A stretch of 64,000 nt of DNA from Pecten maximus (lineage: Eukaryota), in NCBI RefSeq assembly GCF_902652985.1, contig NC_047023.1, positions 28,396,001-28,460,000 on the forward strand, read 5' to 3'. The notes under the pieces were generated by a model that made no database searches, was not told where the DNA came from, and saw only the letters and a program-made list of their open reading frames with translations. Positions within the stretch are counted from its first letter, which is position 1. Each line of letters starts with the position of its first letter. The position numbers and the translations under genes were made by a program. Shown here piece after piece: positions 1-14,500 of the stretch.

Positions 1-329
1 TATGTTTCAAAATACCTACCGTATGTGTATCTGCATAGTTTCTTGTTTCCAATACATGTATTATAGAATATTGATAAAATTCAGTCTCAATGAAGCACAA
101 TTCATCATACCTTGTACACCTATCGCTGTTTATATCAACACACATGAACAATGAATCTGATATAAAAATAAATGTCAAACATCAAATATACATATTTACA
201 TCTAACAGTAACAATGACTCATTAACGACGATGCTAAATAGATCTGTCATTCTTTTTAATACATCTGCTATGTATCAAACCAGGTGCATGTGACTTACTA
301 GTCTAGTGCTACTGTACTAAAGGTTTCCG

Positions 330-560
330 GGGTTTGGTTTGTATTGTTTAACGTCCCATCAACACCAAAGGGAATTTAACGATGGCCTTCCCCTGTAAGC
401 AAGGTGCATGCATTTCGTTGGTGTAAGTATATGTGATTTAGGAGGCTGCGGTGGTATGTTTGTTTCCATGTGACAGCATGGAACTAAAGCGAACTTCACT
501 AAGTATGCTGTTGAAGACAACCTGCAGGAAATCCCATCCGGTCATAATATACTGATGGAA
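330..560 (-). mobile_element. Truncated SINE-like 3' end in an LRRC61 intron
   Basis: A (GGTTT)n-like tail followed by TGTTTAACGTCCCATCAAC, resembling the 3' ends of mollusc SINEs. No tRNA head is visible. Confidence 0.4.
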
Positions 561-777
561 TTGTATAATATTACTACTGATTCACACAATGTACTTGATC
601 ATAACTCTCAAGAAAATTAAATGGATGTCAGAAGATCATCCACATGTTTTAGGGAGTCAATTTAGCAGGTAGCTAAAAAGAAACATGCATGCACATGTAG
701 ATACGGATGGCTAATGAATTATACCTTATGTTTCAACAGGATTAAGTTAAATAATTATATTTAATGACTTTACTTAC

Positions 778-3556
778 CATCAATGGTTCGCAGCTTTGGT
801 AGCATTTTTGCTATATCTTTTTTGTATCCTTCATTTACACAGAAGGGGTTGGACAGTGCTTTATCATTAACGGTTAGATTTTCTAGTTTTTCTAGGCCTT
901 GTAAACACCTGAAGTTTTCAACACTGAAATAAAGAAATATTATATTCTGAAAACAAGAACATTTCTTACAGACCATGCATAAACTAGCCAAAATGTTCTT
1001 TTTACAAGTGAGAAATTGATTCGGTCAACCTTAATTTACCATATTATATAAATCCTCAACTACAGTGTAGTTGGCAACTTGATTATAGAACAGAACACCA
1101 GTTACAAGTCGATATTTAGATTTTATTATTTCCTTTAATCTTCCAACAGTAAATAATAAAACTTTTTATGAGGCAGAAGATTTTTATGCAAATGAATATG
1201 CTGTCTGCTCTATTTTGATGAAATTATCAGTGTACCAGTTTAAAAAAATTATATAAAAGTGAAATTAATACAATTAAAAATTCTACTCACCCACCAATGA
1301 GATTCCCAGCTAAGTTAAGAGACTGTAAATTATCAAGAGCCTGTAATCCTTCTGTACAGGAAAATAAAGAAAAATACATTGTCAAGCAATGACAAGATGC
1401 AATAATTACTGTTAATAGGCTTACTGCTCTGAATGCATGATTGGTCGTTATATTCATAATACATGCCAGAAGATTAATAATTACAATCATAGCCTAGAGC
1501 TGCATTTTTGCAGCCTGATTTTAGATTTTTAACTTACCTAGAGATATGATTCTGTTAGCAGAGAGATTGAGTGTGGTCAGGTTTGTGAGTCCTGCTAGTT
1601 TTGTAAGCTTTGTGATGTCATTTCTAGACAGATTGGCTCGCTCTAATCCGACGCACTCTCCTATGCATCCAAGATCAGATATACCTGTAAATTTAGGAAA
1701 TAAAAAACACAGGTAAAGTGTGCGTAGTAATAATAAAACTACAATACCACTGGAGAAAGAATATGTCCACCAAATGCTGCTGGTTCCTTGACTCTTTGTA
1801 ATATAAATGAATTATAAATCTTATGACCAAATATATAAAAAAAAAATGTTGAAATGTACAAGGATTGTACAAAAGACACGCCAATGAATAACATACCTTT
1901 ATATATTAATTAATTTCGTCATAGATACTGTTTACATGTACAATGTACATGTATGTATAAAAAACAAATGTATAAAACTACATCATAGAGCTGTACACAT
2001 CCTTTTACACATAGGACTTCGTGATTCGGAAGGGACTTTAGAATTATAACAATGGACTAAACAAATGTGAAATAAATCAAATCATGTATGAAAAATAAAA
2101 ATTATACTGGTTTATATATACTTATAAAAGTTTAATTTCACTTTCTAAATTGTTCTTAATTGTGAAGGTATTATAGAGATCACCACCATTAAGTTACATA
2201 CAGTAGTATATCTCAAATTGAATCATAGTGAAACATTTCGTGAATTGAAAGTGTAAGGTCATCTTAATATGTGTAACTCAGCTGGACAGTGGCAATTTTC
2301 TTGAAACATGGAGCATTGATGGGATCTATACTGCTTACATCAAGTTACATGGTGTAGCATGATATTTTGATATGATTGAGAGGCTTACTTCCTTGGAGCC
2401 AAATAACCAAGAGTTTGGGTCATCTTTGGGGGCAAAGACAGTGTGGAGAAGATAGCTACCTACCATACCTGTAGCTCAAGCTAGAGCGAATTTCCCTTTA
2501 GCTTGATGGTATTTAGCAGGATGTACATGCAGTTAAAGAGCCAGATGCCACTAGTTGAAAAACCAAGTGCAGGTAGGACATTTTATGTTGCAAAAGTTAC
2601 AAAGGAGTACATATTTGACTCTCCCTCTCTCTGATTAGTGTACATGAGCTTAAATGTATCCAAGGACTAGATGTAACAGACATGATATTTAAATTTAAAT
2701 TGCTGCCTCCACTAGGGATTGAACCTGGAACCTCTGCCATACTTGTCTTTTGCTGAACCGATTGAGCCTTAGAGAAGATCTCTCTAGCTGAGTGGTATAT
2801 TGTGACTAGTATTAACAAGGGTTATATGTACACTTCCCCACCAGGAACGACTTGTCCTCGAGGTTCCAGGGGTTACAGCAATGCTTTCAAAAGTAACTTT
2901 AAGTAAAAGTCCCAACATGGGTGTCAATGTAAAAGAGCGCATGGTTAATTTAATTTAAATCGATGCCTCCACTAGGAATCAACCCAGCGACCTCTGGCCT
3001 AGTAGTCTTACGATTGACCGATCAAGCTTAAGAGAAGATCTCTCTAGTTGAACGGTGAATTGCGACAAGTATATATACAAGGGGTACATGTAGTTAATTT
3101 ATATATAGTCCTGACAACGTTTGGTATAAAAAGGGTCATAACTCTGTATATAACCGACTACAATCAATTAACAGTGTATTTCAACCTGCTCATAGATTTA
3201 CCTAGTTCTCTTAGATTGATGGAATGTATACTCTCTAGTTCAAACTCCCCACTCCTGGTCTTCAGTAGTGCTTTTGTTACTTTTCCTTCTGAAAACAAAT
3301 TCATTTAGTAGATATGCATGTGAACGAAACATAAAACACATTTCAGATAGCCGTTTCAAACCAGAGACATATTAGTCTATGATTCCAGGCCAGGCCTATA
3401 AGCTATGTTACAAAGTCTTTGGAAACAAAAAAATAGTGACAGTTTCATTCCGTCTCTACTTTCAAATAATGAATGTTCATAGGACAGTGTATAACAAAGT
3501 ACGTTGCGTTCTTGTTTTCTATGAAATCGTGATAAAATGACACGCAAACCTTCCAT
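778..3556 (-). CDS. LRRC61: Leucine-rich repeat-containing protein 61 (5' part; continues beyond window start)
   Basis: Phase-consistent GT-AG exons 3556-3550 (ATG GAA G), 3288-3202, 1684-1538, 1351-1291, 923-778. They give MEEGKVTKALLKTRSGEFELESIHSINLRELGISDLGCIGECVGLERANLSRN...NLQSLNLAGNLIGG...LSNPFC...LPKLRTIDG. This matches recalled LRRC61 motifs (LLKxRxGEFxLESI, DLGCxGEC, LSNPxC, LPxLxxIDG). No further exon was found in 1-777. Confidence 0.9.
2690..3090 (-). repeat. Two tandem degenerate tRNA-derived (SINE-head-like) units about 260 bp apart
   Basis: Copy 1 on the minus strand reads AGAGAGATCTTCTCTAAGGCTCAATCGGTT (A-box-like) ... GGTTCAATCCCTAGTGGAGGCA (B-box-like). A diverged second copy lies at about 2950-3090. 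Confidence 0.55.
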
Positions 3557-3940
3557 TCTGTTCTGTTTTTTTCAGCCAACAACCATTTTGGTTGCGATTG
3601 TAAACAACAGTGATACACTAGTCTAACATTATTAAAACATTTATATAATACATATGTAAATTAATAGTATGTTTACATCTTGTAGTAAAATATATTTACT
3701 AGTTTAGAAATATGTTTGTGTCGATCTAACTTACAAAATGTTTTATTAATATTCAAATATTACATACATATAAAAGTCTCGGTTATCACAAAAATGTATT
3801 TCCTGTTAACATCCGGGTAACCAACTTGGCGGCTACTTTCAATATGGCCACCTTGTCAAGTCACTGCAATTCTTGCAGCGTTTACTCACGGACTGTTGTT
3901 GTCAAGATTTAATATGCAATTTGAAATGTATGTATACGGT
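3557..3940. promoter_or_regulatory. Bidirectional promoter region shared by LRRC61 and HAUS6, plus probable non-coding HAUS6 exon 1
   Basis: The LRRC61 ATG is at 3556 on the minus strand. A plus-strand donor TACG|GTAAGA lies at about 3938. There is a locally CpG-containing patch with a YY1-like CAATATGGCC near 3840-3849. Confidence 0.55.
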
Positions 3941-4560
3941 AAGAATCTCGAAATGTCAATATTTTAAGCAAATAAGTCAAACGTATAGTTGTGCAGCACA
4001 GTGTGGTACAATTACTCGCCGGCATTATTATTGAAAGTTCAAGTTCATTCCTGTTTCCATGAATTTAAGAGAGCTCGCCGGTATATTCTTATGAAAATAT
4101 GCATACGTGTTTTACCTGACTCAAAGACTGATTTGGTAGCGTTATCTTTGATGATCAGTTCAGGCATGTGGTGATATATCTTTTTCTAAAGGACTCCCCC
4201 AGCTGAACACATGACAGATTAATGCAATGCAATACAAAATATGTATATGTACAGTATACAGTACAGTAAATTTGAAGTTCTGTATATGTTGTCCAGGGGC
4301 ATATAGTAGCTATTAAAAAATTTGTTAAAAGCATAAAGATGCAAATTATCATAGTTTGTACTACAGTACTGTTTAGACTCAAAACTGTTTTAATTTATGT
4401 TTAACATATGCTATAATTTAAAAATCTACCATATAAGGAAGGGTTGAATTTGTGATGGTGGTCTTTTCTTCAAAGCAGTTTAATTAGGCTTGGAGATGAT
4501 AACACTTTCTGTCTTTAGCTACTAATTGAACTAGATATGTTTGAGTAAAGAAGTAAATGC

Positions 4561-4930
4561 AAACAAGAAATATCTTTAAAAAAGATAAACGGCATAGTTT
4601 TAACGCTGGTATATATAAAACTGCTGGTGAAATAGATTAACGAACTAATGTGTTTCAGCATGGATATCAAAATTATATCAGTTTGAATCCTTTTGGTGAA
4701 AATAAGACTGCATTTGAATCAGGAATATAATTTTATTAATGTGTCATTTGAAATGATACATATCCACTTATTCAGCTTGTATTCAATCTTAACTTTGTTT
4801 CGATTTTAACTGCATATCTGCATTTTGCATTTACCGCTACATTGACCAATCACATGCTTCATCTTGACCAGTAACGCCACCTGTTGCGTCATATCCGAGG
4901 CCAAAAGAATATACGGCTATGCCGAAAAAT
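4561..4930 (-). mobile_element. Non-autonomous HINE/Helentron-like element (same family as 36912-41241)
   Basis: Clearly alignable by eye to the reverse complement of 36912-37178 plus 41131-41241. Ends are TTTTTCGGCATAGCCG and a short palindrome followed by CTTGTT. Confidence 0.65.
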
Positions 4931-5530
4931 GTCTTGTATCAGACAATGCCAAAAGGCCTAACAACAATCCTTAGTTCTTGTCCACTATGATAAATAATTC
5001 ATTTCGAAAGAGAGTTTCTAAATTTATGCAGTATGCATACTGTAAAGCAGTTTATTGTATAATATATCTAGTACACAATATTTAATTTGTACTGTTCATG
5101 TAATATTTGGCTCTTGAAAATTTCATATGGATGAGTTATCAGCTTCAGAGTTCAGATGAAAGTCAGTTAGCTATATGTAGTTTTGCAGCAAAAAAAAAGC
5201 TCTGACACTATTACTTGGAGCATTCTATAATTGTAGTAGATTATCACAGCTGCTGGAACACTTGTCAGGATTTTTTGTCTGTCGGGAAATAAGTGGTTAA
5301 TTAAAAGGTAATTTATTAAAAATTAAAGTGTACCATGCTTATATATTACATTATACATCAAGCTTAATATTCTTCTGCTTAATCTTTAGAGTTTCAGTGC
5401 AGTGTTCTTCATTATGTAGCTTGCAGTTTTCGTTGTTTTGTTTTATTTAGATGGAGAGAAAGTCTTTGGGTAAAACTTGACTTCTAACACAAATCGATAC
5501 TTTGAGACATCTAGATCTAGATCTACCAAA

Positions 5531-8500
5531 ATGGGGGACGCACTGGAATTGAAGCAGATGTTGTTCACCAACCTACAGCTGCTGGGATTTGATTCTGGAG
5601 CCATGGAAGCTTCCTATTGTGTACCATTTAATAAGTAAGTCTTGTCTAAACATCACCTCTTTATTTGTGCTCTTATTTAGAACATATATGGAAAAGCCCA
5701 GGTGAAAGAATAGAAAAGATTGAATATGAAATTAACAGGCTTAAATATGTTTTGAATTCATATAAAAACATTGTGTTTGTAAATCATTATTGTATTAATG
5801 GTTTGATTGTAGATAATCAATTCTTATTTTTTCCAGAAACATGTTTAATCTTCCAAACAAGAAAGGAGCTGAAGTAGTGCTTTATTTTCTTTTTAACAAA
5901 CTCAATCCAATAATGTGCAGAGAAGAATTCAGGTATGGATGAAACCGTTGCAAAAACTTATTATGATTGAAAATCATTCAAATAACTTAGTCAACAAATT
6001 ACAATGAAATATCAGTGATTATAAGTTATTAATAATAATGAAATTTCTCTATATTTAATGATAACATTGAGAATTTTGTCACAGCAATGTTAAATGACAT
6101 TGTTTTTTAAGAGAAAAAAAAATAATCTACTCTGTTACACTGTCCTTAAACATGATGCCACAATCTGTATGTCATTTTGCAGAGACTGCTGGCCTGTACT
6201 GGATAAACAACAAGAACAACAGTTCCGTAGAACTTGTCACAATTGGCTGGTTAACATTGCAAAGGTAATTGTCATGTATGTAGACTAGTATGTAACAAAA
6301 CAAACTGATGGTAGTATTAAAAACAAGGTTCATATAAACTTGAAAAGACACAGAATTCAGCCATGAAAAATCTTGAATTTTAGCTTTGGCTTTGAAAAGC
6401 CTTTAACATGAAAACACATCCATGGTCATTGAATTTTGATATTTCAAACACTTGTAGTATGTTGAGACATCAATTTTATGTTGAAAAAAATTAAGTGTCA
6501 TTTGAAAATCTCCAATAAATACAACGTATCAATAAAATATCAGTATATCATCATTAAAAATCTGCCAGAAATAAAATGATCAATTTCTCGTCAACTCAAA
6601 CAGAAAGTTCAATATTTACAGACTTATGGTTTTCCTGCCCATTTTCGGCCCAGGAATGGGGTTATCTGTCTCGCATATAAACTTAGTATTCCTTCGCCAT
6701 AACAGCCGAGCGTGAAATGCCTAGTATTATAACTTGAAGAGTCTGTTCAATTAGCCATTAACATTAACTCCATATCTAAAACAGGTGTGGAGGTGTATTG
6801 ATATTTTACTAACATTTCTCTTGTGAAGCATATATATCTTTTAAATTTTTACCATTGCAGACAGAGCCAGATACACATTTGCCAAGAATTGTTGCCTCCC
6901 ATTTTATGTCACCAGGAGGAGACAAATTCTACAATCTGCTGTTTCACTTCTCAGGATATGTACTGAGGACAGTGATACGGACAGATAATGGTATGTCTGG
7001 TGTAAATTATATCCATGTAACTCACATTTCTCAATGGAAACTGGGTCACGTTCTTGACTGATTTACATCTTCACCTATTTATTTCCAAATGTAAGAACAA
7101 CTTTTTTTAAACAATTACAGGTGTGAAAGAATTTGAGCAGCTGCGGTACCCTCAGTTATCTACTCAGACTGCCTCTCTAGGTGATGTGATGGCCAAGAAT
7201 ATTCAATGTGCTGTAGTTCGTCTCCGAAAGAAGTTCCTTGAGGAGTCACAGACTACACTAGTTTTGAACAGAGAATGGAAGGACTATGCTAAGTAGGTAT
7301 ATCTTGCATAATCTAGAAAGCAAAACCAGAATACTAACCTCTACTATCCTGTCCTGTTCTGTCAGGTTTCTTTAAGTGATGGTTTTTGGTCCATTTAGAA
7401 CATTGTTTTGATTTTAAAACGTAGCAGCATTTCGCAATTATTTAATAATATTTTAAGGTGTAGGCAGCTTTCTGTTGTAATAAAATCTGCTCTTTATGTA
7501 TACATTTGAGGCATGACTGGCTAGCTGTGTACAGATTTTACCTTTATTGTTATTAAGTATTCTTGGGATAATGTACAACAGATAGATAATGAATTACACT
7601 TTAAGATTACTGTAATTGAGCCTTGCCTTGTGTCACAGTGAGTTGGTAAAAGATTATCGGAAGTTGTCCAAGGAGGTGAGGGAAGGAGAGCACCTGGAAC
7701 GTGTCGTAAAACAACGAGCTGCTGAGTCAGCGATGGTGCGCGGCAGGTCAGTGTTGCTAGGTTTGTTGCCATGGAGTTGATGATGCATTAACTGCATATT
7801 TTTATTATTATCAACAATAATTGAGAATTATCAGTCAAGTCTTCAATTTATAAAACACAAATTTAGGGAGAGAATTACATTGAAAGTTGAAAAAAGCAAA
7901 TTTTAAATTCTTTGCAAAAATTGTTTAACTTGCTTTTCTTACAGATTAGGAATTTTCTTTTTCTTTTGTTTTTAATTAAGCTCTTTTCAAAGCAAAGTAG
8001 ATAATACTTGTAATGAATTCAAGCCTAATTTGACATGTCTGTCTCACTTTAGTCCTGTAAGGAGGAGGAGATCAGACTGTTATGACAATGAATTTGACCC
8101 ACAATCCACCAAACGGACTCAGAGAATACAGCAAGTATGTATACAGCAGCTTCCATGGTGTATGTTTATAAAAGTACACACTTACAGATCTCTGTAATTA
8201 ACCATTTCACTTTCATTTAGTTGTATTGGTTGATACTATTTGTAGCATTGTAATATTGCATACTAACTCAAATTTGCAGTCTCAGATAAAGTGAAGGATC
8301 TTTTCTGTAAAATCCTTGTGATGAAATTAGTTTCAGATTATATAAGCCTTGAAAATAAATTAATTATCAAGAAAGTCAGTTATTTGGATTTCATTTCTTA
8401 CGTATTTTATGGAAAATATGCACTTGCTTAAAACATCAGGTTTTATAATTTTCCCCAGGTACGTGACATGTGGAAGCAAGTTAATGACTTCTGCGAACGT

Positions 8501-11500
8501 GAGGCAGCAGAAAGAGAGGTTATAGAATCCATTGTGGATCGAACCTTGAGTCAGCATAAAATTGATGCTGCAACCATCAATATAAAAGTACCAGACCTCC
8601 TTCTCAGAGAGTGTGAGCAGGAAATCAGACGGGTAAGTCTGGATAAACAACATGGAGTTTATTCAATCCTTTCTAGTTAACTTGTAGATCTGGCAGGTAA
8701 ATGGAGTTTATTCAATCCTTTCTAGTTAACTTGTAGATCTGGTAGGTAAATGCTTATTGGAGTTTATTCAATCCTTTCTAGTTAACTTGTAGATCTGGTA
8801 GGTAAATGCTTATTGCATGCAATTCATTTAAATCTGTCTTGCTTATTTTTACGCCTTGCTACCAGTAAAATTGCTAATCAAGTTCTACATCTGATTATAT
8901 TTGATGGCCTTTGGTTTAGGTTGATGGGTAGAAGGTCACACTTAACCATGGATGAACTAAAAGAAAACTCTTATGTAAATGAGATCTCTTGAATATCTCC
9001 ACAGATTTAGTTAATATCATGACACCAACTTCTATAGGCGATTGGAGTTTGGTGCCAATGTTAGAGGGTCAAAGGTCGCACTTGACAACTTTAATAAAAT
9101 GTACAAGATGTGTCACAGAGTCAATTGATATTTACAACACAATTTGGTATTAAACATAGATTTCTACACTTCCTTTCCTACTCGCGTTGAGGCTAATGAT
9201 AGCAAACAGCTGTAGCAGTTCTTGTGACTATAGATTAACTAACAAGTTCATTACTGTTACAGAGGCATGTAGACAACACATTTCATGGAGGAAAACTGAA
9301 CCTGGTCAGTCTTCTACAGTTATGGAACCTCTGTCTGCATCTATATATAGAAAGGTTACACCAAGGTAGGTAATACCACATTTATAGGGTCTGTCTACAT
9401 CTATATATAGAAAGGTCACACCAAGGTAGGTAATACCACACTAAAAGGATCTGTCTACATCTATATATAGAAAGGTTACACCAAGGTAGGTAATATCACA
9501 CTAATAGAGTCTGTCTACATCTATATATAGAAAGGTCAGACCAAGGTAGGCAATACCACACTAATAGGGTCTGTCTACATCTATATATAGAAAGGTCACA
9601 CCAAGGTAGGTAATATCACCCTAATAGGGTCTGTCTACATCTATATATAGAAAGGTCAGACCAAGGTAGGCAATACCACACTAATAGGGTCTGTCTACAT
9701 CTATATATAGAAAGGTCACACCAAGGTAGGTAATATCACCCTAATAGGGTCTGTCTACATCTATATATAGAAAGGTCACACCAAGGTAGGTAATATCACA
9801 CTAATAGAGTCTGTCTACATCTATATATAGAAAGGTTACACCAAGGTAGGTAATACCACACTAATAGGGTCTGTCTACATCTATATATAGAAAGGTCACA
9901 CCAAGGTAGGTAATACCACACTAATAGGGTCTGTCTACATCTATATATAGAAAGGTTCACACCAAGGTAGGTAATACCACACTAATAGGGTCTGTCTACA
10001 TCTATATATAGAAAGGTCAGACCAAGGTAGGCAATACCACACTAATAGGGATCTGTATACATCTATATATAGAAAAGGTCACACCAAGGTAGGTAATACC
10101 ACACTAATAGGGTCTGTCTACATCTATATATAGAAAGGTTGCACCAAGGTGGGTAATGCTACACTAATAGAATCTGTTACCTGTAGGTTTTCTAGATCAG
10201 TTTATCTTGGTTGAGGGATGAAACTGAGTGAGATGATGCAGAATGTCATCCCAAGAATAAGAGTAGTCAAAATCAAAATTGAATGAAACTAAATTAACTA
10301 TTTTCATTTCCAAATTCTTCAATTTGACTGAATTACCTCCTTAGTGAGCTGTGTGTCTGAAAAGTAATTGGATGTAACGTCACTTTGCACCAAATGATCT
10401 GTAAAGGTGACAGATATATTGGATGACACTGAAATATCTAGCACATGAGATTTCCTTTTCATGTACAAACAATCGATATTGGACACAGACGAGGAACGTT
10501 TGTCTACATTTATTTTGTACATAGAAGATCACCAAGGTGCTCCCTCTTCAGTAAAAAGGGGTATATATTCACTATGCAAGACATTCATCTGAGATCTTGT
10601 GGTCTCATAACCACTTAACAGATTATATTCACGCCTACTATCAACTTCTGTAGTGCTAAAGTTGATTGTGATGATCGTCAGTGAAAGTTAAAAGGTCAAA
10701 GATCATATTCAGTACATTATATGAATTTGTATATTTATATACATACATGAGCACCATTTATATGGTCAGCCTCCTCCCCTTGTCACTATGCTTTTATTAC
10801 ATAGGATAAACTTGTTTTGAGAATGGTGATATGTATATAAATCAGCTCCTCATCAGTGTAAAATGTTTGGTTTGTATATTTTAATCTTTGACCCTCAGCT
10901 GTTCCATTGCAGGACAATATCATTACAACTTACAAACATTTGTTAATCAGATCAAGGATCCTGTCATACTATAATATAACAAATATTACCCAGTGTGCTG
11001 TATGTTTACAGTAGGTGTAGCTGACTTTACAGAAGAGATAGGATCAGTCACCAAACAGGTTCACAGTAACCATGCTTACCTGACGAACACTAGGACTCTA
11101 AAGAAGGAACTGGCCGTCAACCTGCCCAAACTTAAAGAATCTGTGGAGCACCTCCAGGACAGTTTGGATAGTCGTATTGTCCAGAACAGTACTCCACGCA
11201 GTGCAAGGTCAACAGTATGTATATTATGATTAATTTACGATCAGGAATAATTAAGTTTCCACGACATGTATCTCCATACACCAATATTGTCCTGTATTTT
11301 ATCGGACCCCATTTATGTAGGTGAACGAGTGTACGTAAGTATGTAATTTGAAATAGGGAAATTCAAAGATAAAAATGATATTATTTTATGTAAAATTGTG
11401 GGAATTTATAAGATTCAGATGGGAATATTGTGTAAGAAGGGAACTTAGCAGCTGGGGAAAATTACCCAATACTGGTAGTAAAAGAACCCTAGATTGGTTC

Positions 11501-14500
11501 CTGATGTAGACCCATATATATATATAGCTCTGCAGCCTATTGCTATCTGTTTAGTTTACCTTACCTATAATTGATGAATTGTAAATATTGGTGAAATACG
11601 TGTATCTTATTTTATAATGATATTTTTTGCATTACATAATAATGATTGTATTTGCTTTTACTTGAGACCCATTGTTAAAAAAAGTCCAATCTTTGGTAAA
11701 CATATTTTGTAGTCTGTTTGAATTTATTTTCAGTCACTGGGCCTTGGATTGATGGAGCCATCACCATCATTATCCTTCACCCCGGGCCAGGCTGTAGGTG
11801 GGGATACATCCATGCAGTCTGCTTTACGTCGCACACCCCGAAATGGTTTGTCATAATGTCTCTTATTTATTTATATAAAAATATGCTTTAAAGTTGTAAA
11901 TTTGGTCTCCTATTATAACAATTCACATTTCAACCGTTAAATTTTATAGTAAAACTTGTAACTTTGTTCTGTGGAAATTTTTTATGCAAACTAAAACAGT
12001 AGTAAAGTCATCTTCTTGTTAAGATAATTATCATGTCTTTATAATGATGGTGCATTTCTTAAATTTACATTTTGACACATCAGAATATTTTAAGCTTGGG
12101 GATAATATACTCATACATCTGTGTTCCATCACTCTAATGACTTATGTATCAGAAATAGCTCTATGGTACTATAATTACATTTATAATGTTTGGCTCTAAA
12201 TGTCATTGATAATTGATGTGTTGTACAACAATTTTATATACCCAATACTTTCAGAAAGTACACCTGAAGCTGCCAATAAGTTGGCTGAAGGCATAGCAAA
12301 GACCGTCAGACGAGGGCAGGGAAAGTTGTTTCAGGGCTCACCTGAATATGTCCCTCAAGTCAACATTAGTTCTTCAAATGCCAAAAAGAAGTATGTTTAC
12401 CAATGGTCTTTCTCAAACTTTTGTTCTCCTGATGAAGATAATTTGAAATGAAGGAACACTCTCAACTCAGTGTTAGATCTGTAAATCAGATGGTGGGCTA
12501 ATGGTGGGCTATTTAAATCACCCTGCATCAATGGTCTTTGGTCCAATTGTCCATAAACAACAATACTTGTTATCACTATTTTTTTATAAGAAATAACAGT
12601 AACAATACCAAAATAAGGTTCATAGATTGAACCCAGAACAATTTAATCTACATCCATGACTAACTGGATATTTTAAGGGTGATGTAACCCTTCATTCAAT
12701 GTTCTTACATGATTTTCTTTGCAGAGTTACAGTGACCAAGGTTCCCAGAAAGGTCAGTAAGATGCAGCAGAGTAAAGGTGCCAAAACCAGAAACCAAGCA
12801 GAACAGAGACAGTCCACGCCCACCAACAGTAAATCCTACAGCACTGTTCGTCCCACTCGTACAGGTACAGCTGTAGTTTCATTTTATTAGTCAATAAAAA
12901 AAATCCTTCTTTTGGATGAGATTCTTGTTGCAAAGTTGAAGTTGCTTAAAATCATATCTTTTCCTTATTATTGACCTCCTGTTATGTGGTCAGTTAAGGT
13001 CATAAATATAGATCATTGGATTGATAACAAATATAGCTATACCAGTAAGATATATCTACCCAACAGAAGGACTTCAGACTTGTATAACAAGAATTACTGA
13101 AATAAGTGATTTGAAATTAATTAAAACAATAAATTATATTGAAAAATATTTCCTGCTATGCCCAATATAATTTAGAACTTCTGAACTTCCCCATGGGTTA
13201 GATATTTTACTGGAAAAGACATTTTTGGACTTGTCATTTTCATCAAGGATAAGAAGTTTAGCTTAGTTTCTCAGAAGGAAGAAATATAATGACAAAAACA
13301 AAATAGAATAGTATAAGTATATAGTTACATCTGGGCTTTTTTGATGATTCAAGGTGGACATTTTTAGGGTGTTTTTACATGTGTAGTATGTGTGTTAGCA
13401 GGACATGAGCACTCCTACCAGAGTGCCACATCATCCTCTCGGGAGCAGTCCCTCAGCAGTGGAGATCGTACCCTGACTGGTATCACCAGCTGTACAGGGG
13501 GCAGTCCTACCATAGATAATACCTCCCCAAAACACCCCTCCCCCAGGACACCACCAACACAGGTTCAGATGTCACCTGTCGCCCTCTCTCCTAGTGACGT
13601 CATAGTTAACAGAATGATGGCTCCTAACTTCCTAGATCAGTCTGATGACGGTGAGATATTATCAATACAAATTTAATTACATTATCATCTAATTATCAAA
13701 GAATATGTAATCTAATTATAGTAGATGTAATCATTTAGCTGAGATTTCCGATAGGTAACACAAGTTGTTGTTCTTCGACCCAAAAATTAAACTGTCATGA
13801 CACCATAGATCAGTAGATTAACCTTGTTTAGATCAGATAATTCAATTCTCCAGATTGTTTAAAAATAATACAATGATTTTTATGTGTTTTCTTATAAACA
13901 CAATTTGTATAGCACTTTTACTACTCTATTTGAAATGTACAATGAATTGAATATTAAATCTAAATGTTAAGTACAAAAATGTAGTTGTTATTCAAAAATT
14001 TGTTTGAATTTGCTTATAGTTCAGATCAGTATTATTATTTTTTCAGAGGAGTTAATGGATACATACATGAAAAAGTCTGGAGAATTTGACGGTGTGTTGC
14101 CACCAGGTGTAGAACAGTCCCCAAAACCTGTGTTATCTCAATACCCCAGGGAGGCTAATCTATCACACCAGTCATTGCACGACTCACCCAGGTCAGAGAG
14201 AGACAAGTTATCAAGTTCCAATAACTCTTCACACTCCCACAGCTCCAAGCATTCAAAAACACAGTGCTCTCCAAAGTTACAAGTGTCCAAACATTTAAAA
14301 GACTCTCCAAGGTCACTGAATGTACATTCAAGGTCCTACAACGAGTCCCCAAGGTCACAGACATCCAAATCACTTTTGGATAGCTTAACAGGAAAAGGAT
14401 CCTCCCATCACTCTTTTACCTCAACGCGATCACAGGACTTGAACAGTTCACCAAGGTCAGAGGTATCCCATCATTCCCATCAGTCCTTACGAGAAAGTGT

